This document shows, piece by piece, positions 1 through 13,100 of a DNA stretch of 64,000 bases. Position numbers and translations under genes: made by a program. The first letter of the stretch is position 1. Each line of letters begins with the position of its first letter. Source of the DNA: Azolla caroliniana (taxonomy: Eukaryota > Plantae > Polypodiophyta); NCBI GenBank assembly GCA_043228905.1, contig JBHGNT010000020.1, positions 12,028,001 to 12,092,000 of the forward strand, in the 5' to 3' direction. The notes under the pieces are model-generated. The model was given only the letters and a program-made list of their open reading frames with translations. It made no database searches and was not told the origin of the DNA.

Positions 1-1550
1 TTCAGGTAAATTCTTGATGACCCAGGCAGCCAAAGATAGGGTAATGAGAGGGTATGCATCCCTCTCACTCTTAGAGAGACAATGCCACCATGCATACTTT
101 CAAGAGCCACGGACTAAGGGATGGCTCTTCGACTCATTAGTAGCCCCTTCCCTCATGTATGCATAAGTAGTATGGGTCCCAGGTCTACCATCTTTCATGT
201 GGACGCAATTAGAGAGACCTTTGGTGACGATGTTATCACGTCAACTCCGAAGCAAATTGATAGTACCACATGACATTATTAGAGCAGAGTTCAGTTTGCC
301 CCCGATGTTAGTAGAAGCATTGTTTCAAGTGCTAGTTTTTATTCATCGGATACATAGCCAACCACAAGATAGGATATCCCGTCGAGCCTTTGAGGCATCT
401 CGATCCCTACATGCGTCTAGAGACACTTAGAGCTCTTGGTATAACATTGTTGTGAGTTGGTTACTTGCAAACGGCATAGACATTAATAACCTAACCCCCC
501 TTAAGTACAACCATGGGACTGACCAAACTCTAATATCTCATGAAGACCGTAATAAAGTGATACACCAAGAAATATGGAAAATTTACACTCGATATAAATG
601 GATCACCCCACGAGAGCCACTCCCATCTAAAATGTTATACTATAAGGAACACTTATTGCACTTCTCTCAGATAGGTTTTATTACACGACCAAGATATCTA
701 GATACATTCTTATCAAATGCACTAAGGGTGGCCATTAGACAACTTAGGATATCATCTCACCAACTTGAGATTGAGAATGGTCGAGCTAATAGAGTCCCTA
801 GGGAGGAAAAGCTATGTAGGTTGTGCCACATAGAGATAGAGGATGAGTATCACTTCACATGCAAGTGACCAACTTATGCCGAGATACGAGTGGAATACCA
901 AGACATATTAGGACCCTGTCCCACCCTCTCCAAAGTATTAGATACCCCGGACGTAAAGAGACTAGGTAAGTATATCTTAGAGCTAAAACAACATAGGGAG
1001 AATAAATTACAAAGTATTAACCATAACCCTTTTACTATTCATCAACTTGTAACTAGTGGAAGTTTTTAGGAACAAGGGGAGACGATGAATGTGGATACAC
1101 TTACGCCGCTCGGCCTCTCTCTTCCGGAAGCCGAAACGCAAAGAACTACCAAACGCCCTCGGATGTTGGGCTTCAAAACAAGTCGACACGGAGTAGAAAG
1201 GATTAAGAAGATAAGGGAATGTGAGCTATGTCGACTAGAAGCTATGGTTGGGGTACCTTTTACATTGGGACCATGGGCCACATCCACATCGAAACCCTTT
1301 GACCTCCCGTTTCTCTTCGAGAGACTTGGATGAAAATGAAATTAGGCCTAGTATAACATCATTTTCATTGTAGAACATGTTTGTTATTTTATTTTACTAA
1401 CACTATTTAGCTTAAAACCCTACTTTTATTTTTATTTTTTACTTTCGATGAATGGGTAAATATCCCATTTTTTGTTGTAAACCATTTGTCTCATGGGCCA
1501 ATTTTGGCCTTAGAAGACGTTAATATATCTTTCTTTCTTTCTTTCTTTTC
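1..1550 (+). mobile_element. 3' portion of a non-LTR retrotransposon (RTEX-like LINE), degenerate, ending in a (TTTC)n tail
   Basis: ORF fragments 197-430, 452-868 and 1085-1333 include LRISSHQLEIENGR...LCRLCHIEIEDEYHFTCK, a C-terminal zinc knuckle. The region is highly similar, in reverse orientation, to 52921-54375 and ends in TATATCTTTCTTTCTTTCTTT at about 1523-1548. Confidence 0.85.
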
Positions 1551-2542
1551 TAGGTGTAATGCATTGTTGATACATGCACCATTAGATGAGGATCTTTTGG
1601 ATATCCAAAGTCAATTGCATGTTATTATTTCTCAATTGCTATGCCAAAGTTATCGATATGCTAAGATGCAACAACTCAAGGATGGGCTCATAGATAATCA
1701 ATGTCAATCTCATTTGTTTTTCCAAGAATTACATCCTCCTTATGCTCGATCTAATGTGGTACATGTAAAGCAAGGGATGAACTTATAATGGATCCTACTA
1801 CGATAATTGACATATGTGTTCATTTCTTTAAGGGGTTGATTGATCCACAATTGTTAATGACAAATGAGGTGGGTAGAGCACACCATGAGTTTTGTGATGT
1901 GGTTGGATATATTGTGCATGACCTCATTAGTAATGAATTGAATGCGGATTTCACTGAGAATGAGGTGGACACGGTTTTAAGGTATCTTCTTAGTAGTAAA
2001 AGCCTTGGTTGGGATGGCTTGACAAATGAAGTTTTTAAGAGATATCTGAACATTTTAAAGGGGCCCTTAACTTTGATGTTTCAACATTGTTGGGATTTTG
2101 GTTGTATTCCTCAAGCTTGGAAGGTTGGTCTAATTAAATTAGTTCTGAATGTGTTATCTTCCGAGTCATTTGACCAATAGAGACCTATTTCTTTGTTTGG
2201 GGGGTTGTATAAGATATTTACAAAGGTTTTTTCAAAATAGATTACAAAAGTATTTGCCAAAGTTGATACATCCCACCCAATATGGTTTATTGCAAGTAGG
2301 AATATATTGCATAATGTGTTGAATGTTCAAATGTCCACGCATTATGCACAAAACACTCATCAAGAATTGATAATGGTGCAATTAGATTTGGAGAAAGCTT
2401 ATGATTATGTTAATTGGTCCTTTGTTTCTAGGTTAATGCATAAAATGGGCTCTAGACCACATATGTCTCACCTCATATTTTTATTAGGACAATATGAAGC
2501 ATCTCGAGTGATGCTTAATGGGGGAGTTACATTAGATATTGT

Positions 2543-2804
2543 TGTTGTCTCCTTCTTGGAGATACACCTTCGATTACTCCTTGAGCAATCGGGCCAAGGG
2601 ATCATGGTTATGTAGGAGGGTACGATAGGGCTAAGTAGCCTATCAAATACACGATAACTGGCCACAACTGGTATTCCACTTCTGACTTAGGAATAACATA
2701 ATCGATAGTACAGATTACAGAAACAGACACAGAGATGACCCAATAAGTATATATATTGATTACGGAATAAAATCTATTACAAAGCAACACATGCTAATTA
2801 TATT

Positions 2805-2846
<42 letters not shown>

Positions 2847-3087
2847 ATCATAACATATGCATATATCCACCCCCTTTCCTTCTACTGTGCCACGATTTAT
2901 ATAGCCTATTCTTTCCTTGGCGCACTTCAACTACTTCCCCTAATTCATGACCTTTATTCTCGATTGCATATATTTCGTTCTACCTTCCTCGGCTATGAGT
3001 GCTCGGTCGATTCCCTTTTTACCTACTTGACCTACTCTTCTCTTTAGATTCGTTTCACACCTTTTGCCCTTTGTCCCACGGATAACA
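2543..3087. mobile_element. LTR (TGTTGTC...GATAACA) of a truncated Tat/Ogre-like gypsy element, followed by a tRNA-Arg-like PBS at 3090-3106
   Basis: It has TG...CA inverted termini and interrupts the L1 RT. TGGCACACTCGTGGGAC resembles the Tat-type PBS TGGCACGCCC(A/G)GTGGGAC. Orientation is ambiguous because the TATA and (GA)n signature lie on the minus strand. Confidence 0.6.
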
Positions 3088-3212
3088 CCTGGCACACTCG
3101 TGGGACAGTACCTTGCACGTCGAACACAAAAAACAAAATCGCTCCAAAAATTGAAATTGAGAATTTGCGAATGTTATTATTTCGAAAGAGTCGAAAAGCG
3201 CTATTGTACACT

Positions 3213-5750
3213 CAGTCTTCTTCCAAAATTGATGTGATGCCCTCCGGTTGTTCCGACTCCCTTGGTTTGAGATTGGCCGTCAAATCAGCCTTTTGCTCTA
3301 TGTTCTCCTGGGCTTTGGTTTGCTCCACCAGCTCTTGAGGCGCGTCTTCCTATTCTGGCTCATCCATGTGCAAATCGGCCAACAAATAGAGCTGTTGGCT
3401 TGTAATTTTCGTCGTGGCTTCCGAAGCCCCTTCTTCCTGCTTTGTTTCTGTGGTCTGTTCAACCACTTGTTCCCTTCTAGGCTCAAGCGCCTCCCCTCTT
3501 CTTCTTTCGGCCCCTGGGTTGCTTCTTCGCTCTGTCGTTGGACTGCTTCTTCGGTCATGTGGCCTATTGAGGCATGTGTTGCGGCTTCTGCTTCCTTCTC
3601 AGCTTGGAGGCGTTCACATTCATAGCCTTCTATTTCAATCATGAGCAATAGATGATCATCGTTAAATTCTTCGAGGAGATTCCCGATGGCCGTGGTGTGT
3701 GTGTGGGCCAGGGCTTGGAATTCCTCGGTGAGGTCTTTGCGGAGGATTTGAATGTTGTTCTCATCCATCTTGTAAAAGCTGCAACCCTCTTTTTATTTAT
3801 TTTCGGCGTCTGCTTGGAAGATTTGGAATTTGGCTGCTTGAGCTGACCATTCATTCTATCCGTGAGCAAGTATCGCTTCAACTTTCTAATTCAGCTTTAG
3901 CCAGTGCTTCACCACTAGTGCCTTCACTCCAGTTTCACCCATTTTATATTTGGCACAGAGGGTTTCCAGTTCTTCTTTGGCTTTCGAGGTGTCCCGTTGG
4001 AACTTAGTTTTGAGGATCTCGCACGATGTGGTAACTCCAGTGAGCTTTGCCTCCATCTCCTTCGTATGTTGGTCATAGCGTCGGAGGAGTTGATTTGAAT
4101 TATCGGCTAATTCTTGTAGATAATGGTCACGTTGCCGTTCGAGTTCTAGGGTCGCGGAGATTTGCAGATGGTGAAGGGACTCCAACAATGGATATCTCTA
4201 TTTCTTGGTTTCGTCTAACATGTGAAGGTGCCGACTTGCGTGGATCTGGAGTTCCGAGAGTTCGTTTTGCAGAGTTATGAATTCTTCAAATTTTTGGCGA
4301 GATGCTCGTTGATGCTCTTCCTCAACTTCCACTAACTTTGTTGCCGCAAGGTCGTTAGTGGCCTTGATAGATGCGGTTGCATTCTTTTATGTCTCCTGGA
4401 GCTGGGTCATCCGTGTGTCGAGCAACTGTTGGAGTTCTGCTTTGCGTTTTGTTTCTTGCACCCGGAGTTGGTCAGCTTTTGCTTTTGCTACTTCGTAGCA
4501 CTCCTTCACTTTCTCAGCAACCGCCGATTGTACCATGAGCTCTTCGTCGTAATTTCATGTGGGAACCTCGTATGTTTCCGTGGCCGGGATCGAGTCGGTT
4601 GGCTCTCTGGTTTGTGTGGACACATCCACTTGACTGGACGCAGGGGGTGGGAGGGCGAGAGGGTTGGTTTGCCCGGTTTCTTTGAGTTGTTGTTCAAGCT
4701 CGGTTAGGCACTTTTCCAAGGCTTGCCATAATTCCGTGGCCGTTTTGGCTTGTTTGTGCGCCTTCTTGTTGTTGACTGCCATGTCTTTGGCAATGTGGGT
4801 CGCTTTCTCGAATTCGCAGTAAACCTCAACCAAGGCCGTGTTGAGCTTAGGTAGCTCGATCCGAGCACATCGGGTTTTGGTTACATGCTTCCGACCGATC
4901 TTTCGTAGCTACAACTCATCCAATTCGAGCTCGTTGGCTATCACCTACTAAGCCATCTGTTGTTCGGCATGCTATTGGGCCATACGTGCCGCGGCAACAA
5001 CTTGGAGGTGAGTGAGGAAGTCAATTAACTCGTATGTCATGCCGTGGTGTAAGATCGTGCTGAGCTCGTAGGTCTCAATGGGCATGTCCTTGAAGGTCAT
5101 TACTTCCTCCTCCGAGAACCGGGAAGGTTGCCCTTGCTCCGTATGTCCTGTTAAGGATAAGGCCTTGTTGGTGATGACCGCCATGGTCTTTTCAGGTGCA
5201 AGAACCAGTTACAGTTTCTCGGACGAGGAGTCCCCTTGCATTTGCTCTTCACTGCATCGTTGCAACCTACGACACTTCTTTGCAGGGCTCATCTATGAGA
5301 ACGTCTTTGCAGAGCCATTTTGTTTGCTCCACGACTGACCAACTGCTGTTAGTTGTGGTTGTCTGGGTCTCCTCTCGACAGTTTGGTTGCGGGCTCGCTA
5401 ACCTGAGTTTCATTTTGTCCATTGGGGAAGCTAGATTAGGTTGTTCATGCCACCTTATGGTGATGTTGTCTTCTGTTTCTTGGGCCTTGGCCTCGGTATC
5501 GACCGGGGTGAGTTTGGGGTTTGGACAGGTGTATCATCCTGCCATTCTTCCTGAGCTAACTGTAGTGGAGGGTTCGGCGGGGAGGGTGAGGGTTCGGCGG
5601 GGTGTGGTAGTGGATTGGGAGGGGGGGGGGGGGGGGGGGGGAGGTAAAGCACTACTAAGTAGTGTGCTAAGGCAAGCAATAATCGTTTCCCTACTTGAAA
5701 AGCCGAAAGGCCGGTGCAAACTCCTTCCCCTGTAATGATTCCCCAATTGA
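3213..5750 (-). pseudogene. Decayed long coiled-coil/low-complexity ORF (roughly 800 codons) inside the LTR element, a probable retrotransposon extra ORF
   Basis: Minus-strand ORF pieces 5455-5746 (poly-Pro), 4972-5184, 4555-4833, 3886-4188 and 3298-3768 read as one E/K/Q/A/L-rich helical protein broken by scattered stops and frameshifts. Confidence 0.6.
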
Positions 5751-5781
5751 GGGCACTACCTCTGTAGGTGGTGATGATTAT

Positions 5782-5968
5782 TGTTGAGAATCGAACTCAA
5801 CTTCCCATAGAGACAGTTTTCACACTAGTCAGTGGACATCATACTAGGCTAGTTTTGTAATTAGTAGAAAGGGCACTTGCCCTAGATTAGTTGGTATTTA
5901 AAACCAACCTTTTGTAACTTAGTCACTGTTGGATGCAATTCTATTTTTTACTAATACAACTTCTTGTT

Positions 5969-5999
<31 letters not shown>

Positions 6000-7242
6000 G
6001 CCTTACGTACACTCACTCACTCACTCACTCGCACACACACACAGTTCACTTCTATTACAGAACACCACCTACGTCTCACCTTCTTTAAATGGTATTAGAG
6101 CATGTGGTTGTCTGATCAAACTTGCTCAATTGTGTTGTGATCACAACACGGATGATCATCAGAACCGGTTCAAGCAACAGAGAAAGAAATTGACATCATG
6201 AATACTCTAATGGGAAGTGCTCTTCATACGGAGAAGCTCGATAGGACAAACTTTGCATCTTGGAATACGAGATGCATCAATACCTTGTCAGACAAGGTTA
6301 CTGAAGCTATATTGAAGGAGCTCACGAAATGCAACCCAACCCAACACACATCGACTACCCATCGTGGGAGCGCAAGCCGTGTGTTATATTGCCTTGCATC
6401 ATGCGTTCATGATCACATGGTCAACTATATTTGAGAGTCAAAAACGCCGAAAGAAGCTTCGGTCAATCTCAAGAAGATTTTTGCGGCCAATACGGCTGCA
6501 CGAAAGCTCCAACTCCAACAGGAGTTGAATAACATGCAACAAAGGGATATGTCGATCACCATCTATACCTTAAAGATCAAGGAGTTGTGCGACGCCCTCA
6601 TATCGACCAACGTCATCATCGATGATGACGAGATGGTGCAAATATGCCTCAACGGCTTGGCACCTCAATTCGGCACAATGAGATCGACCATTTTCACAAG
6701 GGAGAACCCTGTTTCCTTTTTCGACCTTCAATCTATACTACTGGTGGAGGAAAATCATGCCCGAAAAAGGAGCAACACACCAGACGACGAAATGCTCTAC
6801 TCTTAGTCGGATGATAGAAGAGGATTACGCCGAGGAAATAGAGGTCGATTCAGCCAAGGGCAACAGGGTCAGCCGACCCGAGAATGCATATCCCACCAAT
6901 GGCAAGATGATAGGAACAATTCCAGGGAGTTTGGCAAAAGGAGGAGCCATCCTGCCAGACTGAGCCAACGCAACAACTCGATCGAATGCGAGTATTGTGG
7001 AAAACTTGGCCACCACAAAGAGGAGTGCCGAAAGAAGCAACGAGAGTCGGCTTTGACAAGTCGACAACTCACAAATTACGCCACAAACTATGATTACAAC
7101 GACCACAACAGAATGTTCGTAATGAGGCATAAAGCACATTCGATGTCGACACAAGGTCAGACAAGCACCTCATCATTTGAAAATGTATGGTTTGTCGACT
7201 CAAGAGCATCCAATCATATGACGTTTCACGAAGATTGGTTCT
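5782..7242 (+). mobile_element. Truncated Ty1/copia element: LTR about 5782-6088, Met-i PBS 6090-6101, decayed gag, zinc knuckle and start of protease
   Basis: It starts TGTTGAG and has the PBS TGGTATTAGAGC. Coding motifs are EKLDRTNFASW, CEYCGKLGHHKEEC (about 6987) and WFVDSRASNHMT (about 7188), after which the sequence returns abruptly to L1. Confidence 0.85.
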
Positions 7243-7833
7243 GAGAATGTTTTCAACAAATGGTGACATTATGGGTCTACACCTTCCATCTGGAGGGCAA
7301 CTAACAACACAAGCTTTGCTAGATGATTCTTTCATGTTTCTACAAGCCTCACAAGAGAATCTTGAGAAGGGGATGTTTGTATGGAACCAATTTGAATTTG
7401 GAATTTGGATTACATATTAATTGGAGGAAATCTAGTCTCATATCATGTACGTGAAGGGATTTGGAATTTTTAGGATGACAAGGATCCATGGTAAAGAAAG
7501 GACCTATTTTTCGACACTTGGGGTAACCATTGGGAATGAATGTTGCAAACAGTCAATTGATTGAATGGATGTCTAGTAAGTTAAGGGATAAGCTCACGTA
7601 TTATAGATCACAATCTTGGCCATTTCATGTACGCTTGAAGGTTGTACAAGGTATTATGGAACCCATCATATTATATTACTTGCCATTGTTGCCATGGACA
7701 AAAAAGGCTTTGCATTCTACTTTGCAACCTCTTCGATATTTGTTGTGGAAGAAGAGGGATAAGATAGGAATCACATGGGTTGTGTGGAATCATCTAGCTC
7801 TTGGGGGGAGCTAGAATATTGGACTTATCTATG

Positions 7834-8292
7834 TGTTGGGAAAACTTGTCCCTCCAGATCGAGAATAAACCGAATCAGTCGACAGGTAACTCAGCCGAGG
7901 CCAAAAATCAACCGAATCTGATTGGGCTACATTTGTAAATAGTCCATAGTATGTATTAATATAAATACATCTAGGGCAAATCATTATGTCTAGGAGAAGT
8001 CATAGAGAGTGCGTATGTGTACAATATGTACTGAGTGTGAGCTAAGAGAGAGAGCGAGAGTAATAACTCTATAACCATCTGCATGCCAAAGAAGTGCTCA
8101 AGGTCATTGCCTTAGAGTCTCTTGTTGTATTCCTCTTGCTATAGTGATTGGTTTGGAGTCTGTGAACTCCCGTGGTTTTCCATTCAGGGTTTTCCACGTC
8201 AACATCTCGTGTCTCAGTTTCTGTACATTTTATTTTTGTTTTCCCTCTCTTTTGTGTTGGATGTTCGGTTGTGACCGATTCCATATCTAGCA
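7834..8292 (+). mobile_element. Copia solo LTR related to the 15467 element
   Basis: Termini are TGTTGG...CTAGCA with a 5-bp TSD CTATG/CAATG (one mismatch). It shares AAGGTC..TGCCTT...TTGGAGTC...CTCCCGTGGTTTT...AGGGTTTTCCACGT with LTR 15467-16075. Confidence 0.8.
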
Positions 8293-9639
8293 CAATGCAT
8301 ATGATGGCTCATAGATTTTCATTATTACAAGACATGTGTTTAGATTCACAACCATGGATATCTATTGTTCAATATTTCATTGAGAACAAGGGTTTAACAC
8401 ATGGGAGGACAATAATTAAGGTTTTATGGTGGCAATTACTAAACGGATGTATTTCACTTAAGATTCCGGGCTCTTCATGTGTTCAACACTTGGTTGCCTA
8501 ATGGCAAGAATCCCTCTTGTTATGTGTATGGAAACCATCACCTAGTAGAGATCATTGTAATTCTTTGCAAAAAGAGTTACTTGTGTCTTCTCGGTTATTA
8601 TATTGGCAAGGAAAGGAGAGATTGCACTCTCAATTAAATAATTTGTTTTGTTTGGGGGTCAAAGAGGTGGGACATATAATGGAGGCTCCATCTTAAAGAA
8701 TTTTGGAGTTTGTCGAAGCAAGACACTTATTACGCATCCCACCTAATTATGGGTTTATCTAGCAACAACTACAAAATATTGCATTGATGTGAAGCCCTTT
8801 ACCTCTACAAACATGAGAACAATTGTGGATTGATTGGTGTTTACGGGGTTAGACGTCGTTGTTACAAGTGACTACTAATCTTTTGTATCATTGCTCCATT
8901 GAGTCTCTTGGATGGCAATCATCTAAGGCTAAAGAAGAATAGAAAATACACAAATTTGATCATGGGTGGTTGCAAATCTTAAAACGTAGTTGACATTCTA
9001 AATTGTCACTTGTAGCAAAGTTCTTTATTTGCAAAGTTTTGATTGGAGGATTACCTCTAGGATTAGCTCTAAAGCGTCGTGGATTATCAATGGGTAATTG
9101 CTTCTTTTACACAATTCAAATGGAAGATAGTACTCATTGTTTTATACAATGTCTGATTACTTATCAAATTTGGAGTTACATTTCTCAAATTTGGCAAGTT
9201 TTATCACAGTGTTATTTGACACCTACACAATGGGTGTTTGCACAATTTACACAAGTTGACCCAAAATCAGAGATGGATATTGTTATTCTATTTCTCAAAT
9301 ATTGGGGTTTGCATCATGATTGGGATATGCACAATGCTTTTGTCTTTGATGGTAGGCATGGAGTGAAAGCATATCTGCGAAAGTAGACGGAAGTACTAAT
9401 GTGACAATTTTCTTTATTGGGGCAAGTGGAAATACTTTCCTCAATGGAGTGTTCGTCTTGCCTATAGGCAATTCAACATGGTTCCACTAACCATGTAGTG
9501 TAGTTAGTGAGTGGCCATAATCCATTATGACACCCATTGTAGTAGTGTTTTTCACACACATTTATTAATATAATTGTATGTTTTCACCAAAGAAAAAAAG
9601 AGAGAGAGGAGGGAGGGAGGGAGGAAAGAGAATGACACT

Positions 9640-9835
9640 TTTCTCCCTTCAACTCTACACTCCCTTCGACTCTACGCTCTCTTCAACTCTAGGATCCCTT
9701 CAACATTATGGGGACCATTTGACTCTAGCCTCCCTTCGACTCTAAGGATCTTTCAACTCAAGAGAGGTTACAACTCTAGAGAACCTTCAACCATGAGGAG
9801 CGCTCGACTCTACCGAGCTTTCGACTCTTAAGACC
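9640..9835. repeat. Degenerate minisatellite of about 17 bp with core TTC(A/G)ACTCT, about 11 units
   Basis: Recurrent cttcaactcta / cttcgactcta / tttgactcta motifs. Confidence 0.7.
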
Positions 9836-10112
9836 CTATGAGTCCCCTATCATCCGCACTCCCCTCTTAGCTCTTGTGTCTTCCCTAGTCCAAGACCCTC
9901 GTGGTCCTACTCGAGTAGCATATGCACACATTTTTACACGACATCATATACTCTATTGGTAGAGAACCTAGGAAGAGTGATTGTCAATCACTCTTGAGCC
10001 TCTCATTCCACAACTCTTAACATCACAAACTCTCACTCACAATTCCACATGTTAACCCTCGATTAAGAGGCTAATTAAGTCCTAAAGTAAACATATACAC
10101 ATAAGTAAAGAT

Positions 10113-10116
<4 letters not shown>

Positions 10117-10174
<58 letters not shown>
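10117..10174. repeat. (AT)n microsatellite
   Basis: Pure AT run of 58 bp. Confidence 0.98.
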
Positions 10175-10177
<3 letters not shown>

Positions 10178-13100
10178 TGTTGACCTTATCTCGATTAATA
10201 TGAAAGTTCACAACACACATAGAAAAAAGAGGAGCGATTAATGAATAAATAATTAGTGCTTAAACTTAAGCATACTACTCTCTTAAGTGAAAGATTAAAG
10301 AAAGGAGAGGAGAGAGCTCAAGTTTAGGTTATAGAAGCCATTTTTTTACAACTTGTACATGTTTGGCCTCTTTCACGTTAGGGTGGCCATTTGGCCTAAA
10401 GCTTTAGAGGGAGTTTTGTTCTATCCCCATTTTTCCTAGTGTTTCATTGAGCTTGGTGCTAGTATGAATTGTATTGCGTACATCAAGTAATTAACAACCA
10501 CAAATGTTGGAGATCGTATGCACAAAGTAATGTGGATGCATTTATAATAAGCCTTATTGGTGGGTAATTAATATGTCCATGATCACTTCCTCTGGGGGCC
10601 GTACCAGATCTTGGAAGACCTTTCACCTAAGCAACCCAAGTCTTTTAGAATTAAGTGTCAATAAAAAAATGAAGAAATAGTGTCTTCTAGTCAAATTAAG
10701 ATTCATCTAGGGTTTGGGTTTCTATGGCCTTTTCCTCTTCTTCTTCTCAAAAAGATATATAAAAATATGTTCTTTTCCTCTACTCATTTTGTCAAAGATA
10801 AAAAACGTAATGGAGAGGAGATACCAACCTTCTACATATATTCTTTTGCGTATACTAATACAAATTCCTACATGTCCTTTTCTAGCTAATTGTTCTATCT
10901 AACTTCAATCCATCTTTCATCAATGAAGAAAATGTAGTGTTGTTTTTTTCTTGGCTAATATTTTGACATAGAGTTGCCATAAAAATTTTGGCTATTTTTT
11001 CCGTTAAGTGTTTCAGTGGAGAAGGAAATAGTTTATGTGAGCGTCACGGTAAAATGCATGTATTCAATATGGATTGCAAGTGTTTAATCTAATCATAACA
11101 AACACGTGTAAGGGAGGCAAATGATGATTTGAATTGACAAGTAGATTACAGTAGAAAAGAGATTTTCAAATTTGATGCCCCTTTTAATCAAGTATGATGA
11201 ATTTCAAGAAACTTCTCATGAAATTGATGAGTTATTGATAGATTTCAACATGCGTTGCTTTACTCATTACATTACAATTATTTGTTGCCCTTTGAGATAC
11301 CTTTGTTTTTCATTAAATGAAGTGATTTCATTGTAGAAACGCAATTGTCTATTATCTTATTAAGTACCTCGTAACTTCTTCTCTTATAATACAACTTTGT
11401 TCTTCATATATAAAATGTGAACCTATTGATTGTGAAATTGTAGAGGATTCGTGGTGAATATTTGATTGCAACAATACAAGTAAGTTCTTCACATGTTAGA
11501 TTTGACACTTTTTATTTTGTGAGATTGTATATGCTTTATTCTTCCAAAATTTCCATATATTTATTTATAGCTTTGTTTGTTCAACATCATGATCATTTTC
11601 ATCTTCATCTCACTATAATCAACATCATGATGTCCAATTTTGAACATAAATTTAGATCATAGCAACAAGTCGTATTAAAAATGATAAAGAAACCATTGTT
11701 GTGTTTTAAAAGGAATCTTGTGCTTATATTGTATGATTGTTTGTGTTATTGGATATGATTTATTCATCGGAATTTTCCATGGATTTATTTGTGGCTTTGT
11801 TTGTTCAACATCATGATCTTTTTCATCTTCATCATCATAATAATCAACAACCTCGTGTTCAATTTTGAGCATCTATTTAGATAAGATCAACAAATAGTAC
11901 ATAGAATGACTAAGAAACCATTGTTGTGATTTAAAAAAAAATTCATACTTATACAATATGATTGGGGTGAAATATATGATCTTGCCATAACAATAAGGGA
12001 TCACAAATCTAATATACAATAGCAGACAAGTGCTCCTAAAAATATATAATCTTGTCATTACCGTGAGATATTAATCAAAGTTTGACATACAATATCAAAC
12101 GGTCCTTTTGGCTTGAATACATCATAATTATGATTGATGAAACAATGTCTACGGTACAACTAAAATTTGTTCACATTGTTGTTTTTGTATTGCTTTATGT
12201 TTGCTATCTTTTCTAATTGAAGGGTGCTTCTAATATAAGAACGTGAAAGTGATGAACACATATTATACTTAAATGTAAAACAATTAAGGGCATTTGAAGT
12301 TGAAAATCATCAAAAAAAGGGAATCAAAGGCAAATGTGATCTTCATAATACAACCTTGGAGATAGGACCTCCACCCATTGTAAGTTTATCTAGCTTCTCT
12401 AGTTACCGCTCTTCCCTCAACACATATGCCAAATCAAAGCAAGTATTAACAATAGGATAACCTTAAGTACCAATTCTAATACTAATTATCATGTGACAAA
12501 CCCATAAGAACTCATAACATTTTGGAGCACAAGGTAGTCTGAGAGTCGTAGGTGTTGGGCTATATAAAGGGGACTAGGTAGTCCCTTCATTATGGTATCT
12601 TGAGACATTGTGAATGGTAAATACTTTTTTAGTGAGGTAAATACCTTAGATGTTGGGCTATATATTAAAGGGGACTCGCTAGCCCCTTTATTATGGTATC
12701 TTGAGACATAATCAAAACTCTTTTAATGAGGTAAAGATCTATTATTTGTGATCCATTCATATTAGCATCCAATCAAATTTTGTCAATACTCTATTAGTAA
12801 GGTATAGTTCTCTTATTTAGGATCCATTCACATCAACATCCAAAGATAACCCTTGAGTTGACTCAAAAAATTGGGGTAACTTTTTCCATAAGTGAAAGAG
12901 CTTCTTCTTTCTCTTATTCACAATCTTTGGTTACTACCACCAAGTTCTCCCATATCTCACCCAAGACATCTGAGAGACACTAATATGTTGCATCATAACG
13001 TCGGTTGCATCGACATTTCCATAATGCCCATAACGTTATTGTAGTCATTGTTTTCCATATTTGGAAAAATCGCACCTGCTTTCAAGGTTGTTGAAAGAGG

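Larger units (their letters stand above)
1551..9600 (+). mobile_element. Decayed L1-type LINE split by insertions; LINE segments about 1551-2542, 7243-7833 and 8293-9600
   Basis: RT motifs include KSLGWDGLTNE, WKVGLIKL, QLDLEKAYDYVNW and ALLDDSFMFL (decayed FADD). A zf-RVT-like CFF...EDSTHCFIQC lies at 9003-9386, with an A-rich end near 9590. The frame LDLSMHMMA is restored when the 7834-8292 insert is removed. Confidence 0.8.

Noticed and set aside
1085-1333. 82-84 aa ORF conserved in both LINE copies (also 53123-53377) as a separate gene
   Set aside because: It is in frame with LINE ORF2. The upstream TAG in copy 1 is CAG in copy 2, so this is the ORF2 C-terminal extension.
11460-12730. 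Local imperfect duplications (about 225-bp period at 11570-11930 and about 100-bp period at 12550-12720)
   Set aside because: They are real but old, with no termini, TSD or coding signal to assign a function or element.
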